A DNA stretch of 64,000 nucleotides from Acidobacteriota bacterium (GCA_026707325.1 JAPOXA010000165.1:22481-86480); one strand, 5' to 3'; counted from the stretch's first letter, positions 51,051 through 60,722 are shown. Notes: generated by a model from the sequence alone, not told the origin. Made by a program: numbers and translations.

Positions 51051-51425
51051 CACACCACCTTCCCGGGAAGTGCCGCAAGGTGCCCGCCAAAGCCCCTGCT
51101 GTCTCGCCTGGGCCTCCTCCCGGGCTCGGCGAATCTCGGCGCGTCGCTCCTCGCGCTCCCGCCGCCGCGACGCCTCGGCGTCGTCCAGGCCGAAGAGCCA
51201 TTTGTCGGCGGTGGCGTCCAGTTCCGTGTGCGGCCGAGCACTCCAGGTCCTGACGATACCAAGGGCCGCGTCGGCCATCGCCTCCAGATGGCGTTGCATC
51301 AGCAACAGCGCCGCCGCTTCCGCTGCGCGGCGAGAGTTGAACGGCGTGCCTCGGGACGTATCCGGCAGGTCGTTCCGCAGCTCCCACGGCCAGTCAGCAT
51401 CACCCGTGGGCCGCACCTCGATCAC
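51009..51425 (-). CDS. hypothetical protein
   Basis: 138-aa ORF; last codons run through the promoter. Confidence 0.45.
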   Translation of the reverse strand: MIEVRPTGDADWPWELRNDLPDTSRGTPFNSRRAAEAAALLLMQRHLEAMADAALGIVRTWSARPHTELDATADKWLFGLDDAEASRRREREERRAEIRRAREEAQARQQGLWRAPCGTSREGGVWTTGTPSAILLSR

Positions 51426-51904
51426 CGGCTCAGCCTCTCGGACAGCGCGAAAACGGCTCGACGAATCGGGGCCAACAGGCGCGGATCGTAGATGTGCCCG
51501 ACCTGCATGTCGCTGCCGATCAGCGTGTCAGTGGGGCCGCGACCATGAGCGGAGAGTATCTCCAGCGCGCCGGCCGCGACGCCGCCGTCAGGTTGCGGGC
51601 CATGTGGCATACACCACAGGACGTGACGATGCATCCCGGCCGCGTTGAGCGCGATGTGGGCGTCGCGGACCGCCTCCCACATGATGTCCATGCCGATCAG
51701 GAGCGGTTGGCCTCCCTGCCGCCTGACCTCGCGACCGCCGGCCAGCAGGAGCGCCCCGTCTCCGCAAGCGGGGTCGAAGACGGCGTACTCGTCGGCTGTG
51801 TCCTGGACCTCGATCGCCAGCCGGGACAGCATGGCCCCGCCCACCGCCCCGGTGTAGAACGCACCGTCACTGGTTCGCCGGGTGCCTCGGCGGCCGCTGC
51901 TCAT
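51422..51904 (-). CDS. truncated N6-adenine methyltransferase-like protein (motifs X and I only)
   Basis: GAFYTGAVGGAML...VFDPACGDGALLLA; no NPPY/F-type catalytic motif in 160 aa. Confidence 0.55.
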   Translation of the reverse strand: MSSGRRGTRRTSDGAFYTGAVGGAMLSRLAIEVQDTADEYAVFDPACGDGALLLAGGREVRRQGGQPLLIGMDIMWEAVRDAHIALNAAGMHRHVLWCMPHGPQPDGGVAAGALEILSAHGRGPTDTLIGSDMQVGHIYDPRLLAPIRRAVFALSERLSR

Positions 51905-51908
51905 TGTC

Positions 51909-52112
51909 TCACCAGAGCGCCCGCTGAGGTTCGCAGTCCGGGCATGTCCGCTGCTTGCGCGTCGTCTCAGTCTGCGGACACTGAGCGACCAGGTAACGAC
52001 CGCACATCGAGCAGGATCCGGTGACCCAGATCCAGTCAGGACGAATGCCGCGACGCCGCAGATGCTCGAGCTCGCTCATCGGACGCTTTCTCTTCACCTC
52101 GTCCATCCTCAC
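51909..52112 (-). CDS. small Zn-finger protein
   Basis: CSMCG...CPDC. Confidence 0.4.
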   Translation of the reverse strand: MRMDEVKRKRPMSELEHLRRRGIRPDWIWVTGSCSMCGRYLVAQCPQTETTRKQRTCPDCEPQRALW

Positions 52113-52642
52113 CGGCTCAGCCTCTCCAGGATCTCGGACAGCGCGATCTCGATGCGGTCCAGCCGCCTGCCGATCGACTCGGGCTGCTCACCGGCTGGCT
52201 CCATGCTGACCGGATCCGAGTTGCCGACGATGTGCTTGTGTGTGGCCCGCCGCTTCTCGGCCGGCCACGGCCGGTAGGCACCGTTCCGTGCGATCGCTTC
52301 GCGACGCTTCTTCGCCCGTTGCCGGCGGCGGTCCGCGATCCGACGACACGTCTCGGAGCACCGTTTCGCGTGATCCGGCCGCGACGTCTCGAATGTGGAC
52401 GAGCAGATGTCACAGGTCGCGGTGTGCAGGGCCTGGGGACCGACAAACCTGATCGGCCCCTGGTCCACGATCGTCGCGTCGGGCGCCCGCGCAGCCGCGC
52501 GTTCTCGCTCGCGGGTCTGGTGCACCGCGATCTCTCCGGCGTGACCGTTGAGGATGCGCTCGGCCTGCTGCTGCCGCGTCTTGTCCTCGCCGGGTTGTCG
52601 GTTGTGCCGCGAGCGATGCGGCTTGTGTGTCTGGCGCGCCAT
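52109..52642 (-). CDS. basic protein with family Zn-ribbon (CDIC...AKRCSETC)
   Basis: ATG at 52642 abuts the TnpB-element end at 52643. Confidence 0.5.
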   Translation of the reverse strand: MARQTHKPHRSRHNRQPGEDKTRQQQAERILNGHAGEIAVHQTRERERAAARAPDATIVDQGPIRFVGPQALHTATCDICSSTFETSRPDHAKRCSETCRRIADRRRQRAKKRREAIARNGAYRPWPAEKRRATHKHIVGNSDPVSMEPAGEQPESIGRRLDRIEIALSEILERLSR

Positions 52643-53887
52643 GGGGCTTATACCGAAAGGTTGACAGCAGCAGCTGCCAGCCTCAACGGCACGTATTGAC
52701 GGATCACCGAGGTGGCCAGCGCCAACGCCTCTCCCCGCCCAGTTGCCCCTGCTCCAGAGGCCAGTATGTTGCGAGCAGCGTTCAGGTCCGCGTGATCGCG
52801 GTACCCGCACTCGCAACGAAACACGGTTCGACGACGCTCACCGCGAGCGCCGCAACTAGAACAAGACACCGAAGTGCCGGACGGGTTTACCGCAGCCTTC
52901 GAGGCAGCCTTGTAGCCGATCTTGTCGAGAAGACCCGACCATCCCGGCTTGAGGTTCTCGCGGTTCAGACCATGCTTGCCGCGACCCTTGCGGGACATCG
53001 CCTTGACCTTCAGAGCCTCGTGACACACGAGACCAGCGGTGTCCGCGAGGCAACGGCTGACGTGGTGCTGCCAGTTCTTCCTCGTGTTCCTCAGCTTCCG
53101 CTCGGTCTTGGCCTTCCGGTGACGAGCCACGGCGCGGCGACCGGAACCCTTCTTCCGTCTCGACATCATCCGCTGATACCGCTTTTTCCGCGCTTCCAGG
53201 CGATCCACTTCTGGGAACGGCATGATCTCGCCAGTGGAACAGGCCACGGCGCGGGCAGCATGATTCAGGTCGATGCCGATGGACAAGCCGTTGTCTTCCG
53301 GCGCCTCATCCGGCACCGAGTAACAGACTGTCGCGTAGTACCGGCCGAGCTCCCGCTTCACGACCACCTTCACGGGCTCGCCGTCAGGATACGGATTCGA
53401 GCCGACGAGTCGAACCCAACCGAGCTTCGGTATCCATAGACGACTGGAGCGGATACGGATGCCTTGGGGAATCGTGAACGTGTCGTTCCAACGCTTGAAA
53501 CGAGGACGACCACCCTGACCCTTGAAAAAGCGAGACCACGCCTCCGACTGATACTTCAGTGTGTAGCGAACCACGGCACATGGCTGCTCTACCAACCACT
53601 CGTGATTGCGACGAAGAGAGGCTACACGCTTGCCCATCGTGAAAAACGAGGTGGATGGCTTCTCCACGCCGTACATCTCGTGCAACAACATGTCCTCTTC
53701 GTTCTCCGAAAGAACCTTGTTCCAGACGAAGCGGCACGCCTGCATCACACCATCGAGACGAGACGCCATGCCCCGGCTGCCTGGACGCAAGCGGTAAATA
53801 ACCTGACGGTGCATTCCGTTCATTGTACCAGAGTTGACGTCAGTTGTACACCGCATCGGAGACGGTCTACCTTGCGATATAAGCCCC
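52643..53887 (-). mobile_element. TnpB-only IS element, copy 2 (1245 bp)
   Basis: Same termini and length as copy 1; 19 nt after the stop of 53907..54179. Confidence 0.8.
52648..53823 (-). CDS. tnpB: TnpB RNA-guided endonuclease
   Basis: By eye roughly 90 percent identical to copy 1; D/E/D and Zn-finger motifs intact. Confidence 0.88.
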   Translation of the reverse strand: MNGMHRQVIYRLRPGSRGMASRLDGVMQACRFVWNKVLSENEEDMLLHEMYGVEKPSTSFFTMGKRVASLRRNHEWLVEQPCAVVRYTLKYQSEAWSRFFKGQGGRPRFKRWNDTFTIPQGIRIRSSRLWIPKLGWVRLVGSNPYPDGEPVKVVVKRELGRYYATVCYSVPDEAPEDNGLSIGIDLNHAARAVACSTGEIMPFPEVDRLEARKKRYQRMMSRRKKGSGRRAVARHRKAKTERKLRNTRKNWQHHVSRCLADTAGLVCHEALKVKAMSRKGRGKHGLNRENLKPGWSGLLDKIGYKAASKAAVNPSGTSVSCSSCGARGERRRTVFRCECGYRDHADLNAARNILASGAGATGRGEALALATSVIRQYVPLRLAAAAVNLSV

Positions 53888-53906
53888 GTCTGGGGCATTA
53901 GGGGTT

Positions 53907-54179
53907 CTACGGCTTCTCCGGCGTCCGACCGTGAACCCGCAAGGTCACCGATGTCCCGTCGCTGAATCGGAGCCATGCCTCTCGCGAGCCCAGGAGGAGG
54001 CCGAGGAGCTCGCCCCGGCCTCCCGTCAGTTGATCGAGCGTCACCAGCCCTCCTTCGACGCCGTGCTCATCCGTCAGGCGCACCGCGTCCAGCGGGAGAG
54101 AGATCGCCACCTGCGCGACGGTTTCCGCCAGCGTCGGCCCCGTGAACGCGGACCGAGGTTCCATGGGCACCGGATTCAC
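53907..54179 (-). CDS. hypothetical protein
   Basis: 90-aa ORF. Confidence 0.4.
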   Translation of the reverse strand: MNPVPMEPRSAFTGPTLAETVAQVAISLPLDAVRLTDEHGVEGGLVTLDQLTGGRGELLGLLLGSREAWLRFSDGTSVTLRVHGRTPEKP

Positions 54180-54180
54180 C

Positions 54181-56412
54181 CTAGTCGCCCCCGCTGAACT
54201 TCCAGTCGCTGTAGTTCACGCCGTCGGGGCCGCGCGCGCCCACCTGGACGCCGATCACCGTCGATCCGGTCAGCTCGCCCTCGATCGGAAAGACCACGCG
54301 GCGGCGCGAGCGGTCGCCGGCCGGCTCCGGGCGGTAGCCGACGTGCTGCGTCTTGACCTCGCGCGGGAACTGACCCCGCTGGAGTCGATTCTCGTAGCTG
54401 ATGTTCGCGCGTCGCGGCCGGCAATCGATTGTTGACCCCGGCTCGATGATCCAGGTCGGGCAGTGGATGTTCGGCTCCTCGGCGAACATCATCACGCGGA
54501 TCACGAAGGAGAGCTCGTCGTCGGAGAGGTCAGTCCAGGTGATGTCGAGGTCGTAGTAGCCGGGCTCGCCCCAGGCCCAATACGCCGTGATCCTCGGCGC
54601 TCGCGGGATGTCCCAGGTGAGGTCGCTGTACGCCGCGAGGTACATCGACGTGCGGTTCAGCGCTCCGGCCGCGTCGTAGAGGTACACGCTGTGCTTGGCC
54701 TTGTTCTTCGCCTTCAAGTCCGGGCTGGCGTTCGGCCAGTCCGGATGGTGCATGTCGTTCCGCGAACTGCCCAGGTGCCACATGGTCCCCGGATGCAGCA
54801 TCACGCCCTTCTTCATCGTCGGCTTCTTCCCGCGCAGGCCGTAGGGCGCCAGCCAGCCCTCGCCGGGGTTGCGCTTGTGAACGAGCCAGATGTCCGGGTT
54901 GGAGAAGAACGGCAATCGGCGGTAGTCGGAGTTGACCGGGTAACCCATGATCGTCAGCGCGCCCGTTTTCTGGGCGCGCCGGTCGGGATACGGACCCCGG
55001 AGCCGACCGCGGTAGCTCAACGCGCCCGTGCACGCCCGGTTCTCGGAGCGCTCTTTCGCGCTGTCGCACCACATGCCATGTTCCGCCTTGACCCACGGAT
55101 TGATGAAGACCCCGTGCCCGTTCCGATGCGTCGGCCAGCCGGAGTAGGGCATCGGATGCCAGCTCTCGTCGGGCCGGGCCGGGACGCGCACGCTGTCGTC
55201 ATAGGGACCGTAGTTCGGCAGCTGCCGGGCGTGATTGAGGCCGAGGTTGTGACCGATCTCATGGGCGAACGTGAACGCCGCTTCGTAGTGCGAGATGCCC
55301 TGGATCGACGAGCCGAACGCGCTGCGCAGGTTCCTGATCGCGCAGCCCAGATCCGTGAAGCCGTAGGTCTGGTCCATCACCGTCCACCAGCGGTTCTCCT
55401 GATTCAGGTCGGTTTCGCGGATTAGGCTCGCCTGGCCGCAGAGGCCGCGAGAGTCATTGGCGCCGTTCCAGGAGACCACGTGAACGAGATCGGCCTGATA
55501 TTGGTGGCGCAGGGCCTGGATCCGCATCGGGTAGCGGCTGATCGTCCAGTCCATGTTGCGCCACTGGGTCCGGCGGGCGCCGGTCTCCCTGATCTCCTCG
55601 GTGGTGAGGCCGGCGATGCCGTCCAGCCCGTCGATCGGCGACGGCTCGATGCCGACCAGCCGGAGCGATGCGCCGGTCTGGGAGTTGCGCAGGATTCGGT
55701 TCATGTTGGCGAACCAATATTCGAGCACCGAGTGGATGCCGTCTCGCTCGTCGCCCCACCGCTGCGCGTTCGGCGTCGTGATGACGAGCACGTCGATCTC
55801 GCGGTGGCCGTCTCGCGGCTCGAATGTCGAGCTCGACACCGCGACGGACGGACCGTTGCCCGCTCGGGGCAAGCCTCGGGCGAGTGGGTTCATCTCCGGC
55901 GGAATGACGGCGCGCTCCGCCTCCGCCACGTGATCCACGCCGCACCAGTGCTCGGACCGCTCGAACGTCGGTACCTCGCCGATGGTCCCGCGGCCGTCCG
56001 GGCCGACGTCGAGCGCGTAGTGGACTCCACCGAGCCAGAGGTCACCGATGACGCCCGATTCCGTGATCGAAAACAGCGTCGGCTCGCCCTGGGCGCCGAG
56101 TGGGCCGCCGGACCACGTCCCCGGGGCGCGGTGCATGGCCAGGTGTTGCTCGTGGCGCCCGTCGGGACGCGGCAGCAGGACCGAGTCCGGACCGGACCTG
56201 AGCTGGGCCATGTCCACCTCGACAGGCACGCCCTGAACGCGAACGGACGGCCCGAAGCCGTCCGATGTGGAATACGAAGCGACCATGCCGGCGTCGTCCG
56301 GTTCCCATTGCGCCTCGAACAGCAGTTGACCGCGCGCCGACGTCGACACCAGCAAGCCGGCGGCCAGCGCGAGGCACGCGAGAAACAGTCTACGCGCGGT
56401 GCGGCGCGACAT
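54181..56412 (-). CDS. secreted zinc metalloprotease (HExxH, reprolysin/M12B-like)
   Basis: Signal peptide MSRRTARRLFLACLALAAGLLVSTSARG; FAHEIGHNLGLNHA. Confidence 0.8.
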   Translation of the reverse strand: MSRRTARRLFLACLALAAGLLVSTSARGQLLFEAQWEPDDAGMVASYSTSDGFGPSVRVQGVPVEVDMAQLRSGPDSVLLPRPDGRHEQHLAMHRAPGTWSGGPLGAQGEPTLFSITESGVIGDLWLGGVHYALDVGPDGRGTIGEVPTFERSEHWCGVDHVAEAERAVIPPEMNPLARGLPRAGNGPSVAVSSSTFEPRDGHREIDVLVITTPNAQRWGDERDGIHSVLEYWFANMNRILRNSQTGASLRLVGIEPSPIDGLDGIAGLTTEEIRETGARRTQWRNMDWTISRYPMRIQALRHQYQADLVHVVSWNGANDSRGLCGQASLIRETDLNQENRWWTVMDQTYGFTDLGCAIRNLRSAFGSSIQGISHYEAAFTFAHEIGHNLGLNHARQLPNYGPYDDSVRVPARPDESWHPMPYSGWPTHRNGHGVFINPWVKAEHGMWCDSAKERSENRACTGALSYRGRLRGPYPDRRAQKTGALTIMGYPVNSDYRRLPFFSNPDIWLVHKRNPGEGWLAPYGLRGKKPTMKKGVMLHPGTMWHLGSSRNDMHHPDWPNASPDLKAKNKAKHSVYLYDAAGALNRTSMYLAAYSDLTWDIPRAPRITAYWAWGEPGYYDLDITWTDLSDDELSFVIRVMMFAEEPNIHCPTWIIEPGSTIDCRPRRANISYENRLQRGQFPREVKTQHVGYRPEPAGDRSRRRVVFPIEGELTGSTVIGVQVGARGPDGVNYSDWKFSGGD

Positions 56413-56638
56413 CCGCGCCACCTGCACCGTGCATCCGGTCGGGCCATAGCTCCTCATCGTCACGCTCCTTTGCAGTGGTTTGTGATCCGACACGAACATC
56501 ATATACGCCGGGGTCTCATGGACCCCGCCGCGCAGCATCCGCAACGGTGCTACGCTCTGATCGCTCATCGTCGATCCTCCATGGTTGATCGGCGGTCAGC
56601 CCGCCGGGCCGCGGGGCTCCTCTCGCCCCGCCCCGGCA

Positions 56639-56809
56639 TTATACACACTCCCGTTCATCCGATTCCACCGAGACGACGGCACCGTCGGACGGCATCACGC
56701 CGTGGGTGGCGTAGGTCGCGTCCAGGTCGTCCGGTCCGTAGATCTCCTCGCAGCGTGGCACGTCGTGACCGTCGTCGCTGACTGCATCGATGCGGTAGGT
56801 GGTCGTCAT
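56639..56809 (-). CDS. 56-aa acidic micro-protein
   Basis: MTTTYRIDAV...; same upstream element and MTTT start as 56866..57435. Confidence 0.35.
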   Translation of the reverse strand: MTTTYRIDAVSDDGHDVPRCEEIYGPDDLDATYATHGVMPSDGAVVSVESDERECV

Positions 56810-56865
56810 TGTTCATGCACCTCCTGGGTTGTTCTCTTCCTGTCTCGCTGGATCGCCGCGACGTA

Positions 56866-57435
56866 CTACGACACGATGCCCATGTCGTCGCCGAGCGCTT
56901 GGAGCTCGTCCGCGTACTCGTCGCCGAGGATCGCGGCATGCTCGGCGGGGGTGATGGCGCGGACCGCGTGGCCCGGCACCCACTGCCGGCACGGCTCCCA
57001 AGCGGCGCGAAAAGCGTCCGAGTAAGGCGCGCCGGCGTCCGCCGCCCAATAGAAGGTTTCGTCGATCTGTTCGATGGTCGCTGTGGTCGGAATCGGACAG
57101 TAGCGGCCGACGATCACGGGATCCGACCAGCTATAGGTCACGGCCGCGCCGGGGACCGGCATCCCATCAATCCGTCGTTCGGCGCGCACCAGCACCGGCA
57201 GATCCGGCGTCAGTTTCGGCGCGCCAGGGAGCCAGGCAACCCCATTGCGCGTACACGGCCGGTCGAACCCCCATGCGTTGTCGGGCACCTGATGCGCCGC
57301 GACCGTGGCCGCGACCCGTGCGAACACATACTCGCGGCCCTGCGCAGCCTCGTCCTCGGGAAATTCGATCTCCTCGATGGCGGTAGCGGTCGGGATCGTC
57401 TCGGTCATAGTGGGTTCGTCGTGGGTGGTCGTCAT
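56866..57435 (-). CDS. protein carrying one tail-fibre repeat module
   Basis: GREYVFARVAATVAAHQVPDNAWGFDRPCTRNGVAWLPGAPKLTPDLPVLVRAERRIDG matches units in 61160..64000. Confidence 0.55.
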   Translation of the reverse strand: MTTTHDEPTMTETIPTATAIEEIEFPEDEAAQGREYVFARVAATVAAHQVPDNAWGFDRPCTRNGVAWLPGAPKLTPDLPVLVRAERRIDGMPVPGAAVTYSWSDPVIVGRYCPIPTTATIEQIDETFYWAADAGAPYSDAFRAAWEPCRQWVPGHAVRAITPAEHAAILGDEYADELQALGDDMGIVS

Positions 57436-57537
57436 TGTTCGTCCTCCTTGTGTTGGGATGTTCTCTTACTGTCTCTCTGGATCGCCACGACGTACTCGGT
57501 GCCGCGCGCCGTGTCTTGGTGCAGCGTCACGCCGCCG

Positions 57538-57726
57538 TCATCGCAGCGAACCGATCATGACTTTCGGCTCGACACCGTACATGGCGGCCTGGATCAGCCG
57601 GCGCAAGAACCCGGACCGGCTGTATCTCGCCGTCTCGGTGGGGTCGGACGACGGAAGTTCGAGGTGCTTGTCAACCCATGCGACCTCGGCGTTGTCGAGG
57701 TAAATGACGATGCGGTTCTTGTTCAT
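57538..57726 (-). CDS. possible ribbon-helix-helix protein
   Basis: MNKNRIVIYLDNAEVAWVDKHL... beta-strand then helices. Confidence 0.35.
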   Translation of the reverse strand: MNKNRIVIYLDNAEVAWVDKHLELPSSDPTETARYSRSGFLRRLIQAAMYGVEPKVMIGSLR

Positions 57727-57968
57727 GCTGATTCCTTTTCGCGGTGGAATAGACAGGTGGTGCACAAGCAATCTGTCGCCGACTCGGTGATTTTTGCCTC
57801 GACGCCAAACCTGGCGTGCCTTGCGCTCGCAGCCGTGTCGAATGTCGGCCTGCGCCGGATGAAGTGCACGTACGAGCACCGCCGGCAGGGGCGGCAGTCA
57901 TCGCTGAGGGTGCGGTGGTGCCACATCTGACCGCAGAGCGTGTACCTCGGATCTACCTCGTCGCGCAT
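57723..57968 (-). CDS. hypothetical Cys-rich protein
   Basis: Start MRDEVDP. Confidence 0.35.
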   Translation of the reverse strand: MRDEVDPRYTLCGQMWHHRTLSDDCRPCRRCSYVHFIRRRPTFDTAASARHARFGVEAKITESATDCLCTTCLFHREKESA

Positions 57969-57979
57969 GTGCAGAATTG

Positions 57980-58204
57980 TCAATCTGTGTTCCTCCGGTG
58001 TTTTGGCCACTGGGCCAACGTGGCCTGCGGCCGGCACCCGGACGGGTCCCGCAAGGCGGTTCCGCCAGGTCCATCGGCGTTGAAGTCGAACAATTTGGCA
58101 GCCAGCGCACTCGCGGACTTGTTACCGTAGGCGGCGCAGTCATGCAGCAGGACGAGCACCTCGTCAAGCCGCTCCGTCACCGCCCGTTCGCTTGGGTGCT
58201 TCAA
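57980..58204 (-). CDS. hypothetical protein starting 3 nt after the TnpB-element end
   Basis: TTG start at 58204; element end at 58208. Confidence 0.4.
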   Translation of the reverse strand: MKHPSERAVTERLDEVLVLLHDCAAYGNKSASALAAKLFDFNADGPGGTALRDPSGCRPQATLAQWPKHRRNTD

Positions 58205-58207
58205 GGT

Positions 58208-59452
58208 GGGGCTTATACCGAAAGGTTGACAGCGGCAGCTGCCAGCCTCAACGGCACGTATTGACGGATCACAGAGGTGGCCAGCGCCAACGCCTCTCCC
58301 CGCCCAGTTGCCCCTGCTCCAGAGGCCAGTATGTTACGAGCAGCGTTCAGGTCCGCGTGATCGCGGTACCCGCACTCGCAGCGAAACACGGTTCGACGAC
58401 GCTCACCACGAGCGCCGCAACTAGAACAAGACACCGAAGTGCCGGATGGGTTCACCGCAACCGTAGAACCGGCCTTGTAGCCGATCTTGTCGAGAAGACC
58501 CGACCACCCCGGCTTGAGGTTCTCGCGGTTCAGACCATGCTTGCCCCGACCCTTGCGGGACATCGCCTTGACCTTCAGAGCCTCGTGGCACACGAGACCA
58601 GCAGTATCAGCGAGACATCGGCTCACGTGGTGTTGCCAGTTCTTTCGCACGTTCCGCAGCTTCCGCTCCGTCTTGGCCTTCCGGTAACGAGCCACGGCGC
58701 GGCGACCGGAACCCTTCTTCCGTCTCGACATCATCCGCTGATACCGCTTTTTCCGCGCTTCCAGGCGATCCACTTCTGGGAACGGCATGATCTCGCCAGT
58801 GGAACAGGCCACGGCGCGGTCGGCATGGTTCAGGTCGATGCCGATGGACAAGCCGTTGTCTTCCGGCGCCTCATCTGGCACCGAGTAGCAGACCGTCGCG
58901 TAGTACCGCCCAAGCTCCCGCTTCACGACCACCTTCACCGGCTCGCCGTCAGAATACGGGTTCGAGCCGAGGAGTCGTACCCAGCCAAGCTTCGGTATCC
59001 AGAGGCGGCCAGCTCGGATGCGGATGTCCTGGGGAATCGTGAACGTGTCGTTCCAACGCTTGAAACGGGGCCGACCACGATCACCCTTGAAGAAGCCCCG
59101 CCATGCCTCCGACTGATACTTCAGCGCATACCGAACCACTGCGCACGGCTGCTCAGACAACCACGGGTGTTCACGACGAAGACCAGGCATCCGCTTGCCG
59201 AGAGCGAAGAACGAGGTTGAAGGCTTCTCCACGCCGTACATCTCGTGCAGAAGCATGTCCTCTTCGTTCTCCGAAAGAACCTTGTTCCAGACGAAGCGGC
59301 ACGCCTGCATCACACCATCGAGACGAGACGCCATGCCCCGGCTGCCTGGACGCAAGCGGTAAATCACCTGACGGTACATTCCGTTCATTGTACTAGAGTT
59401 GACGTCAGTTGTCCACCGCATTGGAGCCTGTCTACCTTGCGGTATAAGCCCC
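58208..59452 (-). mobile_element. TnpB-only IS element, copy 3 (1245 bp)
   Basis: Same termini and length; 7 nt after the dam stop. Confidence 0.8.
58213..59388 (-). CDS. tnpB: TnpB RNA-guided endonuclease
   Basis: Intact motifs; start MNGMYRQ. Confidence 0.88.
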   Translation of the reverse strand: MNGMYRQVIYRLRPGSRGMASRLDGVMQACRFVWNKVLSENEEDMLLHEMYGVEKPSTSFFALGKRMPGLRREHPWLSEQPCAVVRYALKYQSEAWRGFFKGDRGRPRFKRWNDTFTIPQDIRIRAGRLWIPKLGWVRLLGSNPYSDGEPVKVVVKRELGRYYATVCYSVPDEAPEDNGLSIGIDLNHADRAVACSTGEIMPFPEVDRLEARKKRYQRMMSRRKKGSGRRAVARYRKAKTERKLRNVRKNWQHHVSRCLADTAGLVCHEALKVKAMSRKGRGKHGLNRENLKPGWSGLLDKIGYKAGSTVAVNPSGTSVSCSSCGARGERRRTVFRCECGYRDHADLNAARNILASGAGATGRGEALALATSVIRQYVPLRLAAAAVNLSV

Positions 59453-59459
59453 CTGTTAC

Positions 59460-60591
59460 TCACGGCGCGGCGAACAGCGGCCGTTGTCGGTCGTTCAGGC
59501 AGGCGGGGCTGAACAGAATGGCGTCTCGTTTTCGCCGCGCGGCCTCGGTGTTGGGGCCACCAAACGCCCGCGTCTGCACCGTCCATCCCGGCGGCGCTTG
59601 CACATCGCCGTCATGGGCGCAGTAGGCGATGCGGTGGCGGTCGCCGTGTTCCTGCGCCCACTGCCAAGCAGCAGCCGCCACATCATCCGACGTGGCGTCC
59701 AGGTCAGAGCGGTACAGGCTGTCGGAACGGTTGCCGGTGGCATAGGGCGGGTCCAGGAACACGCACCGCGTGGCGCGTTCGCCGGGTCCCGTGCGGGTGT
59801 CTGCCAGAACAGTCGGGGTCAGGGCAGCGGTCCAGTCGCGGTTCAGGACGACCACCGCTTGAAGCCGCGCGGCAAGCGCCTCGAACCAGGGCAACAGAGC
59901 GGACCCGTGGGGCATCGTCAGTCGCTGCTCGCTGACACCCTGTACGCCTACCGACGAGAAGATCGTCGGCATCTGCGACCGCTGCTTCGACACGCCCGCG
60001 CCTGCGCCCACATCCTTGCAGACCTTCGGCATCTGCCCGCGCTGCGCGCTGACACCGCGCCCGTTGCCGGGGTCGAGGTGAATGTAGGGGCGCTTCTCGT
60101 GCGGCAGGTTCTTCCGCTGCCTGCTGATCTCGGAACCGCCGCCCACCTGTGCGTCTTTCATCTTCGGCATCTGGTCCACGTCCAGCGCGCACCAACCGCC
60201 GCCGATCCAGATGCTGATACCCCAGACCCACCAGCCCGCCGCCTTCGCGTCAAAGTAGTCCGGGTCCTCGCTTAACCGGTGTGCGTGGTCCTGGACCCAA
60301 CGGCGCAGCCATGCATGGCGTGCGGTCAGGTCCTGGTGAATCGTGGGCCAGTCCGCCCAATGCGCGACCGCTTCGGGGTCCGTTCGCAGGGCGCGCCAAA
60401 AATTGCACAATGCACCGTCCGTGTCGCAAATCACCTCACGTGGCGCGGGGTTCGGGTTTGCCAAGAGCACTGCGAGCGAACCCGCGAACGGCTCGGCGTA
60501 GACGTCAGCTTGCCCGAAGCGCGCCCACACGTCTCGCGCCCAGCGGGATTTCCCGCCGTAGTCAATAGGGGAACGGCGCGGTCAGCGCCAT
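59460..60591 (-). CDS. Dam-type (D12 class) N6-adenine DNA methyltransferase with a +1 frame break after codon 9
   Basis: MALTAPFPY stop, then +1 frame DYGGKSRWA...YAEPFAGSLAV...FLDPPY. Confidence 0.75.
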
Positions 60592-60632
60592 TCCCCATCC
60601 TCCCCTCTACGTGTACGCACGTGCGACCTTGC

Positions 60633-60676
60633 TTTCAACGTCAGAGAAGTATGACAGAGTGTGTTCCAGTTGTCCA
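60633..60676 (-). promoter_or_regulatory. class A promoter-leader module
   Basis: -35 TGGACA, 17 nt, -10 CATACT, CGTTGAAA box. Confidence 0.55.
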
Positions 60677-60722
60677 CGATCCAGGTCCTGCGCGGGCGAG
60701 CCCGCAGTGGTGGGGCCGACGA

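Noticed and set aside
54463-56781. 320-aa and 433-aa + strand ORFs
   Set aside because: They are antisense to the metalloprotease gene and have Arg/Pro-rich composition.
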